Virus record (IMG/VR): IMGVR_UViG_3300021255_002910
Coordinates: 1-16,087 of that record
DNA length: 16,087 nucleotides
Reading direction: 5' to 3' (one strand)
Source of the DNA: a virus
Lineage: Duplodnaviria; Heunggongvirae; Uroviricota; Caudoviricetes
Part shown: piece after piece, positions 1 through 8,275 of the stretch
Position numbering within the stretch: the first letter of the stretch is position 1
How the letters are laid out: every line of letters starts with the position of its first letter
Translations under genes and position numbers: made by a program
Notes under the pieces: generated by a model
Databases searched by the model: none
Seen by the model: only the letters and a program-made list of their open reading frames with translations
Told to the model about the DNA's origin: nothing

Positions 1-540
1 CTCCATGTAGTCCTGAAGATGTCGGTATTCGCGCCACGAGAAGTCCTGGAGCAGTTCGCCGGGGGCGAGCCAATGCTTCTTCAGGAAAGGCGGACGGAGC
101 TGGAGGCGCGGCTCCCACAGCAGTTGCTTGTAGGGGAAAAGGAGCAAGGGTGCGGCCTTCGGGTCATCAATCCATGCGAGATGCTGCTCGATGAACGACT
201 GCACCTGCCAGATGTAGATGGGGAAAGAAGAAGCCCCTCCGCCACCATGCCCACGAAAGGAAAGGAGCCTACCCTGACGGGCACGCCGCACGAGGAAGGC
301 GCGGTGCTGGTATTCGGGGTCGTCGTCCACGGGGTCGGACACTTCGCCTGTCACCTCCAGGCCGGTGAGCAGGAAGAACAGTTCGGTCTTCACCGACAGC
401 CAGTCGAATGGGTGATAGCGGTCCTGTTGCTGCGTGTGGCGCAGGATGGTGGCGGCTATCAGCTCCAGTTGCTCGGTGGTGCATTGGTTCCACGAGCGGG
501 GCAGTGTGAGGTCGATATGGGTGGGTTGTTCGGTTATCAT
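1..540 (-). CDS. Conserved hypothetical phage protein downstream of the DUF6712-like gene; 3'-truncated by the window edge
   Basis: Missing from the ORF track because there is no stop in the window. ATG at 540, 4 nt after the upstream stop, opens 180 stop-free codons to base 1: MITEQPTHIDLTLPRSWNQCTTEQLELIAATIL...PGELLQDFSWREYRHLQDYME. The LPRSWN start and position resemble the gene that follows DUF6712 in Bacteroidetes prophages (recalled, not searched). Confidence 0.8.
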   Translation of the reverse strand, partial: MITEQPTHIDLTLPRSWNQCTTEQLELIAATILRHTQQQDRYHPFDWLSVKTELFFLLTGLEVTGEVSDPVDDDPEYQHRAFLVRRARQGRLLSFRGHGGGGASSFPIYIWQVQSFIEQHLAWIDDPKAAPLLLFPYKQLLWEPRLQLRPPFLKKHWLAPGELLQDFSWREYRHLQDYME

Positions 541-544
541 TATT

Positions 545-1804
545 TTATAGTAATGGTGGGGTGACGAGTAGAGCGGCTGATGAGGACGATAACGAGGAGG
601 ACATGGCGGTGTCCTGACCGTCGTTGTGACAGCAGCATGGGCGGGTGGAGGAGGTTCCCGCCGTTTCTCCGGCGGACACGGTGGCTGGGGCGACGAAATA
701 GGGACTGGAGGTGTAGGGGGCCTCGGCTTCGAGGCACGCTTGAAGAATATCTTCTTCTATCTGTTCTCGCTCGTCGGGCGATAGCAGGGCGGCAGCAGTG
801 GCAGGCAAACCACGGAGCTCGTCGAGCGCCTTTAATACCTCTTCTTGGTGCTGCTGACAGTATTCACGCAACGACGATAGCAGGCGCACGGCTTCGTCGC
901 GGGCGGCAATGCGGCGTTCCTTGTCTATCTTCATCACCACGGTGCGGGCTTCGAGCATGGTGGCCACAACCTTGCGCAGCTTGTGGAGCAGGCGGCGCAG
1001 CATCGGGGGGATGTCGGCATCGTCGGCCAGCGTCACTGGCTTGGCGGTGGTGGCGGCAGTGGCGTCGCGCTTGGTACCAGAGGCTATCTGTAGAGAAACG
1101 AGTAGTTCGGTCATGTCCTCGCCGATGACGGGCGCCACCTGTTCTTCTTGAATAAAGTGCAGGTCTGGCAGCATCTGAATGAAGCGCTCACGGTTCTCGT
1201 AGATGTTCAGATATTCTTGTAGCACACGGGCCGAGGGGATGAGCAACTGCGCCACAAGGTAAAAATAGCGCGACGACCGCCACGACTTCACGATTTCCAC
1301 AAGTTCGGCATCATCCTCAGTAGCATCCTCGTTGGCAGGGCAGTCCTGCGTCCATTGCTCCAGCTGCTCCAGCAGAATGTTCAGCGCCTTGCGGGCTTCA
1401 CGCTGATAGGCGGTCTTGGCGTTGACAATAGCCTTGTCGCTGGCCTGCTGGTAGTCATCGGCAGTAGAGAAATTGACGCCGGCATTGTTGAGCGATACAG
1501 CCTGCACGTCGATGGCCGATGCCAGGGCGTCGAAGGCCACACAGCGCTGCGCGAGGTACAGCAGTTGCAGGTAGTATTGTCCGTCGGTCTGACCGCTGCG
1601 GATGCGTTCTACATAGTCCTTGACGGCGTCGCCCTTGGTTATTTGGCGGTAGTGCTCACAGAGCTTGTCGTAAAGCGGCTGGCCGAGCGGCTGTCGGAGG
1701 AAGTCGTGCTCGGAGTTGGTGATAAAGCCTGCGAGGGCTTCCACGTGGTCGATGGCGTGACTGGGGATAGCGAGACGGAGCTCTTCTTCGGTGGTTATCA
1801 GCAT
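545..1804 (-). CDS. DUF6712-like protein, putative head completion / head-tail adaptor
   Basis: 419-aa ORF directly after the portal. The N-terminus MLITTEEELRLAIP...FITNSEHDFLRQPLGQPLYDKL and the internal FIQMLPDLHFIQEEQVAPVIGED match my recollection of the DUF6712 pattern. The function is inferred from synteny. Confidence 0.7.
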   Translation of the reverse strand: MLITTEEELRLAIPSHAIDHVEALAGFITNSEHDFLRQPLGQPLYDKLCEHYRQITKGDAVKDYVERIRSGQTDGQYYLQLLYLAQRCVAFDALASAIDVQAVSLNNAGVNFSTADDYQQASDKAIVNAKTAYQREARKALNILLEQLEQWTQDCPANEDATEDDAELVEIVKSWRSSRYFYLVAQLLIPSARVLQEYLNIYENRERFIQMLPDLHFIQEEQVAPVIGEDMTELLVSLQIASGTKRDATAATTAKPVTLADDADIPPMLRRLLHKLRKVVATMLEARTVVMKIDKERRIAARDEAVRLLSSLREYCQQHQEEVLKALDELRGLPATAAALLSPDEREQIEEDILQACLEAEAPYTSSPYFVAPATVSAGETAGTSSTRPCCCHNDGQDTAMSSSLSSSSAALLVTPPLL

Positions 1805-1861
1805 GATGATTTCGTTGTTACGTTATTACGATATTTCGACATTCCCTGCTGGGACGCAAGA

Positions 1862-1880
1862 AATTCTTCATTCTTCATTT
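1862..1880 (-). repeat. Heptamer tandem repeat (ATGAAGA)2 abutting the portal stop codon
   Basis: The minus strand reads TAA-ATGAAGA-ATGAAGA-ATT. Confidence 0.85.
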
Positions 1881-3786
1881 ACCGCGAGGTATCTTCGGCG
1901 GTGGTGACGCCGGTCTTGCTGTTGTCGAGAGTAGTGAGGACTTCGCGCTGGATTTCCCAGGTGAGGTGAGTGTCCCACTGGTTGCGGGTGCCGAAGATGT
2001 CCATCACGGAGAGTACGAGGCGCTGGAGGGTGGACATCTGCACTTGCTTCAGAAGATAGCGCTCGCGCAGGTCGGTGCCGCCGGAGGATGATACGTCGCC
2101 GGGGGTGTTACCGATAAGGCGGCTGTCGGCACCCCAGGCGAAGAGGATGATGCTGGAGATTTCGGCCAGTTCCTTCTGGTTGGCTTCGGCGGTCTGCTTC
2201 GAGGATTCCTGGATTTCGACGATTTCCCACGACTTGTATTCCTTGCCGTCGGCACCGGTAAAGGTGTAGGCGAGCATGGGCTTACCGCTGTTGTCGCGGT
2301 TCTGCAGGAAACGGTTGATGGGGGCGATGATCTGTTCGTTGAAGAACTTCATCTTCTCCTGCTCGTCGGTGATTTGGCGTTGCATATACATGCGCTGCAC
2401 ATACTCGTCGTTCAGATAGAGGATGCGGCCTATCACGTTGGCATTGTCGCGGCGCTTTTTGCGGTCGCTCACGAGCAGCGAGGCGTAGGTATAGACATCG
2501 CCGGAGAAGACGGAGTACCAGGCAGGGACGGGGTAGTAAGGGTGGCCGTACTGGTTGTAGCAGACGGGGCAGGAGAAGTGGGTGGGGCGGCGGTTGCGGT
2601 GGACGTTGGCCTGGCGGGTTTCGCGGGCGATGCGCTCCAGGTCGGCGGCTGCGCTTTGGGAAGAGAGGGCGCGGACGGCATCAATCTTGCCGTTTGTGCC
2701 GTCGGGGATGGCTGTGGGGTCGTCGAGCCAGAGGTTTGAGACGTAGGTGTAGTCGATTTTGTTCTCCTTGTTCATCTGCCCGAGACGGGCGGTCTTGGCA
2801 TTGCGCCAGCGGAGGGCGACAGCCTTGGGGTTCCACTTGTAGGTCTTTACCTCTTGGTTGGTGTCAGGGTCGATATAGGTCTGCTGGAGCTCGATTTCGG
2901 GGAAGCAGATGTTGTAGAGCAGCATGTCGGCGTAGAGCTGCTGGAAGGTCTGCAGGAGATTGTTGTTCTGGAGGAAGGTCTTCAGCTCGGCGTTGGTGCG
3001 CTCCCAGGTGGCGAGGTCGGATTCTATCTCGGCGAGGCGGTCGAGGAGGGCTTGGCGGTAGTCGCTGACGGGCTCTTCGGCGGGAGAACCGCCGAGCACA
3101 CGGTCGTTGGTGGTGACGGTGCCTGACGATGGCTGATGGCTGATGGCTGATGGCTGACCGCCGCCGGCTTCGCGTTCCTGGCGATCGAGGTCGTTGAGCT
3201 GACGGAGGATGTCGATTTTCCAGCCTTTCAGGAGGGTGCCTGCGGAGTCGTAGCTGATGGTCTTGTGGGAGAGATTGCCGCCAACGAACTGGGTGTAGCT
3301 ATACATCGGCTTGGGACCCATGCCCGTGGCGAGGTCGATATTGAACTTCAGGGCGGCGGCGGTGTAGGGGGAGAGGGAACAGAGCAGCGAGACGACGTTG
3401 GGGAGGCGGTTGCCTGCGCCCCAGGTGATGTACTTGCCCTCGTGGCCGTTGGCGGTCTTTACCGGCTGGGCATAGCCGCTGCTGACGTGGAGCAGGGGGA
3501 GGTCGGTCTTGCCCTGCTGTCCGCAGTCGCCCTCGCAGGCGAGCTTGGAGGAGATATAGGCGGCGTAGTCGGGATGGAAGCCGCTGCCGCCTGTGCCGCC
3601 GCCGAGGGCACCGGGCACTTCGTAGTAGCCAGACTGACGCAGGCGCTCGGCCTCCTGACGGAACTCTGAGAGGGAGGTGACGGTGGTGATGTTGCCCTGG
3701 TGGCCAGCAGGAGATGCTGCTGGCACGGGGGCGGCTGATGCCGACGGGGCGGCGGACGAGGGGCGATGGTATTTTCTCTTTGCCAT
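1879..3786 (-). CDS. Phage portal protein (Bacteroidetes type)
   Basis: 635-aa ORF immediately after the large terminase. Motifs ITWGAGNRLPN, HPYYPVPAWYSVF, FLQNRDNSGK and LIGNTPGDVSSSGGTDLRERYLLKQ...WEIQREVLTTLD resemble Bacteroidales prophage portals. Confidence 0.85.
   Translation of the reverse strand: MAKRKYHRPSSAAPSASAAPVPAASPAGHQGNITTVTSLSEFRQEAERLRQSGYYEVPGALGGGTGGSGFHPDYAAYISSKLACEGDCGQQGKTDLPLLHVSSGYAQPVKTANGHEGKYITWGAGNRLPNVVSLLCSLSPYTAAALKFNIDLATGMGPKPMYSYTQFVGGNLSHKTISYDSAGTLLKGWKIDILRQLNDLDRQEREAGGGQPSAISHQPSSGTVTTNDRVLGGSPAEEPVSDYRQALLDRLAEIESDLATWERTNAELKTFLQNNNLLQTFQQLYADMLLYNICFPEIELQQTYIDPDTNQEVKTYKWNPKAVALRWRNAKTARLGQMNKENKIDYTYVSNLWLDDPTAIPDGTNGKIDAVRALSSQSAAADLERIARETRQANVHRNRRPTHFSCPVCYNQYGHPYYPVPAWYSVFSGDVYTYASLLVSDRKKRRDNANVIGRILYLNDEYVQRMYMQRQITDEQEKMKFFNEQIIAPINRFLQNRDNSGKPMLAYTFTGADGKEYKSWEIVEIQESSKQTAEANQKELAEISSIILFAWGADSRLIGNTPGDVSSSGGTDLRERYLLKQVQMSTLQRLVLSVMDIFGTRNQWDTHLTWEIQREVLTTLDNSKTGVTTAEDTSR
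3128..3157. repeat. Heptamer tandem repeat (GATGGCT)4 inside the portal coding sequence
   Basis: Four exact copies. On the coding strand it is (CAGCCAT)n, translated as QPSAISHQPS. Confidence 0.95.
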
Positions 3787-3810
3787 AGTTGTTTGCGTTT
3801 TTTTCTAAGG

Positions 3811-3818
3811 CAAAGATA
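3811..3818 (-). promoter_or_regulatory. Bacteroidetes -7 promoter box (TATCTTTG) upstream of the portal gene
   Basis: Exact TAnnTTTG consensus 24 nt before the portal ATG. No canonical -33 TTTG is seen. Confidence 0.6.
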
Positions 3819-3881
3819 AAGGAAAGGGAGAAATGGGTTGGTACTAAGGATGGAGAGGGGACGGTGGTAGGGGGGGGGGGC

Positions 3882-4180
3882 GGGCTTCGCCCTTGAAATT
3901 GGGTTAAAAATTAAGGTTAAAAATTGGGTTAAAAATTCTTTGTATGATTGTGTTGAGTCGGCTACGCCGAGAAATTATATAAAAATTAAGTCCAAAAATT
4001 ATATAAAAATTACTTTTAATTTCAGGCCGATAGGCCACTCAAAAAAAGGAGTCGCTGACGCGAGAAATTAAAAGAAAATTGGTAAGAAAATTAAAAAAAA
4101 GAAATTTCTGGCCGATAGGCCCTTTAATTTTTGAATAGAATTTTTGTTTAATTTTTGGCCGTAGGCCACTCAAAAAAAAG
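3882..4180. repeat. AT-rich composite repeat region between terL and the portal
   Basis: GGTTAAAAATT x3 (3901-3937), AAATTATATAAAAATTA x2 (3972-3988, 3996-4012), GGCCG(A)TAGGCCACTCAAAAAAAGG x2 (4025-4049, 4157-4180), and several mini-hairpins. Confidence 0.9.
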
Positions 4181-4195
4181 GCGGGCGGCGGGGAC

Positions 4196-6193
4196 TTATG
4201 CCCCTCCCGGCGTCATCAGATAGCTGGTGCGGAAGCGGTAGAACTTCACGCCGAGGTAGAGCGAGTCGAAGGCGTCGGTGATGTCGGTGCGCTGCTGCAG
4301 GGGCACGCCGCCGTCGGTGTCGGCGAGCTTCTCGCCGGATTTGTTTTTGGAGATGGTCTTCGACTGGCCGCTGTAGCGCTCACGGATTTCGGTCATCTGC
4401 ATGGCGATGATCAGCTCCTCGTTGCGGAGCATGTTGATACGGATGCCGGGCGAGGTGAAGCCACCGAGGGCCTCGTTGATAATCTTGTACTTCTCGTGAT
4501 GCCGCATCGGGGCACCCATGTCGATGCCCACCACGTCCCAGCCGTAGTGCTTCAGTTGGGCGATGATGGTGTTGCGGAAGTCCTCGCTGCCCTCGATGGC
4601 GTAGCCACGGAATTTGGCCGTCGCGTCGTAGTAGTAATACACGGTGCGCTGCTTGGCCCGGTGGGGGGCATAGTAGCGGTTCCAGTCCTCGACGAGGGCG
4701 TGAATTTTACGGTCGTAGAGGGCGTACATCGAGGAGAGCACGTTCAGCTGCTCCACGCCGTCGCGCTTGTAGCACTGGCCCGTGACCATCGTGGTGATGT
4801 TCGCGTTGTAGTCGAAGGCGATGTGCAGGGGCAGCACGTCGATGCAGTCGGCATCCTGTCGGCAGTCGTCGATGCGGGCCAGTCGGTCGTAGTCGGGCGT
4901 CTCGTATTCCTCTGAGTACATCGTGCCGGCCTTCACGTATTTCGACGTGGCCACCTTGCGGGTGTTGTCGATGATGCTCGCGTCCTCGGGGATATAGCCG
5001 TGGACGTTCTCGATGTCGAGGTTCGTATAAAAACCATCGTTGGCCTTGCCGCGCTTCATGTTCAGGATAGATGTAGAGAAGACATTCGGCGACAGGTCGC
5101 GGTACATCTGTGCGATATACTCGAAGCCCACGATGTCTGCATTGTCGAGCGTGCTGGCCCGCCAGAAGTAGAAGGCGTTGGCTCGCAGGGCCTCGATGCG
5201 CTTCAGGTAGGAGCGGCCCAGTTGGAGCGTCAGCAGTTCGTCGTGCTCGGCGCGGGTGATGAGATACTTATGGTCGAAGAGCAGTTCGGCGGTGTCCTGG
5301 TCGATGAGCTTATAGCTGACGAGCATCTGGCAGACGCCCTCGGTGATGTTCTTATACTGCCGGGGCAGAATCTTGTACGGCCCCTCGTGCGCCGTGACGG
5401 CCTTGGCCAGCGCCTCAATCTCGGCCTTACGCTCGGGCGATACCTCGCGGATGCTGTGGCCCTCCTTCTTGGCGTAGTAGAGCAGGTCGTTCCACTTGAT
5501 AGTGGAGCGGGCGAACTGCTCCAGCTCCTGCTGAATCTCGCCGTAGGTCATCGCCGTGAACGGGCCTACCAGCGGGTGCTCCTTCAGCTTCTCCTCCTCC
5601 TGCTCCAGCCAGGCGGTGCTCTGCGTGAGTGCCGCGTCCGAGACGAAGCACGTGCCGCGATAGTAGGGGTTGGCGCTTGAGAAGAGCGGGTCGTTGTAGG
5701 GGTGCGTCTCGCCCGAGTTGGCGGGCACCACCTCGGAGTACATCTTCTGCTTCTTGGTGAAGCGGCACTCGTCCCACGACACATGGCTGAACGTGTAGCT
5801 ATTGCCCGAGCCCACCTGGGCAGCCGACAGCAGCTGCATGATATGTCCGTTGGCAAACCAGATGGAGTCGGCCTTCTTGTCGGGGTCGTTGATGGGCTTG
5901 GGCACCCATTTCGGGGGGGTGCCGCCGCCGAAGTGCGTGCCCTCGGTCAGTCCGTAGAAGCGGCACATGGCGGTCTTGGCCGACGGCCACGTCTTCATCA
6001 TCGTCTGCGCCCTCGACACGCCGCCGAAGCCGCTCTTTCCACGCGGCAGGTTGCGCACCACCTGGAACTGGCGGTCGCCCAGCCGCTCCGACTTACCCGT
6101 GCGTCGGCCAGCCACACCGCGCTCGTCGTGAGCACCGATGTGGTGGGCCATCCGCTGCGGTCGGTTCATGTAGATGTTTACTGTGTCTGCCAT
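4196..6193 (-). CDS. terL: Terminase large subunit
   Basis: 665 aa. Walker A-like GVAGRRTGKS, Walker B-like VSWDECRF, RNase H-like nuclease motifs LHIAFDYNA, YYYDATA and TDITDAFDSLY. Adjacent to the portal. Confidence 0.92.
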   Translation of the reverse strand: MADTVNIYMNRPQRMAHHIGAHDERGVAGRRTGKSERLGDRQFQVVRNLPRGKSGFGGVSRAQTMMKTWPSAKTAMCRFYGLTEGTHFGGGTPPKWVPKPINDPDKKADSIWFANGHIMQLLSAAQVGSGNSYTFSHVSWDECRFTKKQKMYSEVVPANSGETHPYNDPLFSSANPYYRGTCFVSDAALTQSTAWLEQEEEKLKEHPLVGPFTAMTYGEIQQELEQFARSTIKWNDLLYYAKKEGHSIREVSPERKAEIEALAKAVTAHEGPYKILPRQYKNITEGVCQMLVSYKLIDQDTAELLFDHKYLITRAEHDELLTLQLGRSYLKRIEALRANAFYFWRASTLDNADIVGFEYIAQMYRDLSPNVFSTSILNMKRGKANDGFYTNLDIENVHGYIPEDASIIDNTRKVATSKYVKAGTMYSEEYETPDYDRLARIDDCRQDADCIDVLPLHIAFDYNANITTMVTGQCYKRDGVEQLNVLSSMYALYDRKIHALVEDWNRYYAPHRAKQRTVYYYYDATAKFRGYAIEGSEDFRNTIIAQLKHYGWDVVGIDMGAPMRHHEKYKIINEALGGFTSPGIRINMLRNEELIIAMQMTEIRERYSGQSKTISKNKSGEKLADTDGGVPLQQRTDITDAFDSLYLGVKFYRFRTSYLMTPGGA

Positions 6194-6200
6194 TTTTTAA

Positions 6201-6240
6201 GTGAAGAGTGAAGAATGAAGAATGAAGAATTGGCTACCGC
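6201..6240 (+). repeat. Heptamer array (RTGAAGA)4 plus tail AATTGGCTACCGC
   Basis: Read directly. It fills most of the gap between the membrane gene stop (6241) and the terL start (6193). Confidence 0.92.
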
Positions 6241-6876
6241 CTATTTGCCCGGCTCCTCGTCTATCTGCATGAACTTCTCACGGTTTTTGTGATATACGAC
6301 AAGCCATCCAATGTTGTCGAGTCCACAGGTCAGCCCGAAGGTGAACATGGCAAACTGCAACGACGGCATATAGAGCAGCGCACAGACGTAGCCGACTATG
6401 CAGTAGATACCGCAAACGACATCGTTGTTGTTGTCGTACACCTCACGCTCATGCTCATTCCATAGTTTCGGGCGGAATGTCATCAAACATTTGCCGATAA
6501 ACTCCGACACCAGCGTACCATAGAGCAGGCACGCGATGGCCAGCACCCACACGTTGTACTCCACAAAGCAGAGCCACATGCCGACTGCAAAGCCCGCTGC
6601 CGACTCAACGATGCAGAGCACCGTGAACCAGCGGATAGCCTTGCGTCGCACCCATCCTTTCCATATCATGCCTACCACGAGTCCCACAACCGAGTAGGTG
6701 AGCGACTGGAAGGCCAGCCACTCGGCGGGCAGTTCTGAAATCCACGCCTTTGTGATGGCTGGCTCGACGTAGGTGTAGAGCAGACCTGTCACAAAGAGGG
6801 TCGAAAGAGTCCACCTCTGATTGTGGTCGGGATGAATATTGAAGAAGCCGAGTATTCGCTTGAAAAGTCTTAGCAT
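6241..6876 (-). CDS. Multi-pass membrane protein (about 6 hydrophobic segments), function unknown
   Basis: The track ORF is 6241..6906. The likely start is ATG 6876 (MLRLFKR), which overlaps the upstream stop at 6870-6872 and suggests translational coupling. Alternating hydrophobic stretches run throughout. Confidence 0.75.
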   Translation of the reverse strand: MLRLFKRILGFFNIHPDHNQRWTLSTLFVTGLLYTYVEPAITKAWISELPAEWLAFQSLTYSVVGLVVGMIWKGWVRRKAIRWFTVLCIVESAAGFAVGMWLCFVEYNVWVLAIACLLYGTLVSEFIGKCLMTFRPKLWNEHEREVYDNNNDVVCGIYCIVGYVCALLYMPSLQFAMFTFGLTCGLDNIGWLVVYHKNREKFMQIDEEPGK

Positions 6877-7202
6877 ATTCTCACCCCCTTCCATTTCTCC
6901 AGCCATGCGGCATAGATGTTCAAGTTGTGTTGCAGCTTCACCGTGCCGTCACGGAAATAGGCTATTATCTCGTCAATCATTGCTTCGTCCTGCTGCGTCC
7001 ATTCGTCCACCTTCATGCGGCTGAACGTAGCCTGCAGTTCGCGGAAGCACTCATGGTAAGCCTGCCGTTTCAGGTCGATAGCCTGTTTCTCGTATTTGAA
7101 CTTGTGCTCCTCCATGTAGTCCATCTTGTCGTAGCACTCGTCTTCGCGGCGGTCTATCTTGTCGAGCACCGCCTGTAGTTGTTCTCTTTCTGCTTGTGTC
7201 AT
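6870..7202 (-). CDS. Hypothetical protein with a WTQQDE...W motif seen in Bacteroidetes phage proteins
   Basis: 110 aa with A-rich start context (ACGAATTATG). The C-terminus EWTQQDEAMIDEIIAYF...YAAWLEKWK resembles the WSEEDE...WLKSLK module (recalled). Confidence 0.7.
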   Translation of the reverse strand: MTQAEREQLQAVLDKIDRREDECYDKMDYMEEHKFKYEKQAIDLKRQAYHECFRELQATFSRMKVDEWTQQDEAMIDEIIAYFRDGTVKLQHNLNIYAAWLEKWKGVRIC

Positions 7203-7242
7203 AATTCGTTCAATTCGTAAAATTTGTAGTCGTAATCCGTTT

Positions 7243-7590
7243 CTAATATTTCTCCGTGACGAAGATGGTGGGTTCCTGTGTGACGATGCTCATGGTCATC
7301 TGGAAGCCGGCCATCTTGAGGTCTTCGATGTAGAGCTTGAGGGGGTCGCCGAGTCCGCAGACGTAGGCTTTGAGGGTTTCGCGGAGCCGTGCGTCGGTGA
7401 AGGCCACGGCTCCGGGGGTGAACTCGTCGGCGGGGCGGTAGGCGGCGACGAAAGCCTGTACCTTCGACTCTATCACGAAGTCGCGCAGGGAGACCTTCTC
7501 CACCTCCGGCTGGGGGTCGATGTCGGCTACGTCGGGCTCGTCCTGCCAGTCGTAGTCGTCGAGGGGGCGTTTATGTTTCTTCTTTGCCAT
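7243..7590 (-). CDS. Hypothetical protein
   Basis: 115 aa, co-oriented with its neighbours, GC3-rich codon usage, A-rich start context. Confidence 0.7.
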   Translation of the reverse strand: MAKKKHKRPLDDYDWQDEPDVADIDPQPEVEKVSLRDFVIESKVQAFVAAYRPADEFTPGAVAFTDARLRETLKAYVCGLGDPLKLYIEDLKMAGFQMTMSIVTQEPTIFVTEKY

Positions 7591-7609
7591 TGGGTCTTTG
7601 GTTTTTGAG

Positions 7610-7769
7610 TTCGCTTGCGCGAAGAAATTAAAAGAAAATTTATAAGAAAATTGAAAGACGCTTCGCGTCAGAAATTGGAAGTATGCTCATTTGTTTTCCT
7701 TTATATTTCAGGCTCGCAGAGCCTTTTAATTTTTTTACTAATTTTCTTTTAATTTCTCGGCGAAGCCGA
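7610..7769. repeat. Imperfect inverted-repeat AT-rich element with four mini-hairpins
   Basis: AGAAATTAAAAGAAAATT at 7623-7640 (+) and 7740-7757 (-). Hairpins at 7610-7623, 7657-7669, 7710-7724 and 7757-7769. Confidence 0.88.
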
Positions 7770-7779
7770 TTCCATAAGT

Positions 7780-8256
7780 TCAATACGGGTTCTGCTCCTG
7801 CTCCCCTCCGGCCATGCGGCGCTTCTCCTCGTCCACGGCGCGGTCGAGGTCCTGCTTCATCTGGCGCAGGCGGTCGAAGGTGGCCTTGGGTGTGCGGGGG
7901 CAGCCCTGGTGCCAGGCGCGGATGTTCGGCACGGTCATGTTGAACTCATGCGCATCGAGGCAGTAGTCGAGCCACTCGCGGGCCTCCTGCTCCGGGACGT
8001 TCTCGCGGACGATGTAGATGATCTCGTCCATCCCGAGCGGCATGTCGTCGCCGTAAATCCACGTGCCGCCCACCTCGTCGGCCACCCAGTAGCCGTAGCG
8101 GGCGTCGAGGTCCCACTGGTTGCACAGCTCCGCGAGCCATGCGTTGCAGGCGCGGTCGTACTGCTCCTGCAGGTGGCGCACCACGGCCCGCTGCTCCTGC
8201 TTTTTCTTTTCTGCTTCTTTCATATCGTCTAACAGGTCTTCGTATTCTATTGTCAT
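7780..8256 (-). CDS. Hypothetical phage protein
   Basis: 158 aa with coiled-coil ends and a Trp/Tyr-rich core (WLAELCNQWDLDARYGYWVADEVGGTW). Typical codon usage and ACGGATTATG start context. Confidence 0.75.
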   Translation of the reverse strand: MTIEYEDLLDDMKEAEKKKQEQRAVVRHLQEQYDRACNAWLAELCNQWDLDARYGYWVADEVGGTWIYGDDMPLGMDEIIYIVRENVPEQEAREWLDYCLDAHEFNMTVPNIRAWHQGCPRTPKATFDRLRQMKQDLDRAVDEEKRRMAGGEQEQNPY

Positions 8257-8275
8257 AATCCGTTGTTAAATTATC

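Noticed and set aside
3870-3880. G11 tract as a phase-variable promoter spacer for the portal
   Set aside because: It lies ~50 nt upstream of the -7 box, outside the -33/-7 spacer, so a length change has no clear mechanism. It is also prone to assembly error.
4140-4195. Intrinsic terminator after terL
   Set aside because: A T7 run follows a GC-rich stretch on the minus strand, but no convincing stem precedes it.
4196-6193. Intein or intron in terL
   Set aside because: The ORF is continuous. I see no C/S...HN-C/S/T splice junction and no LAGLIDADG or HNH motif.
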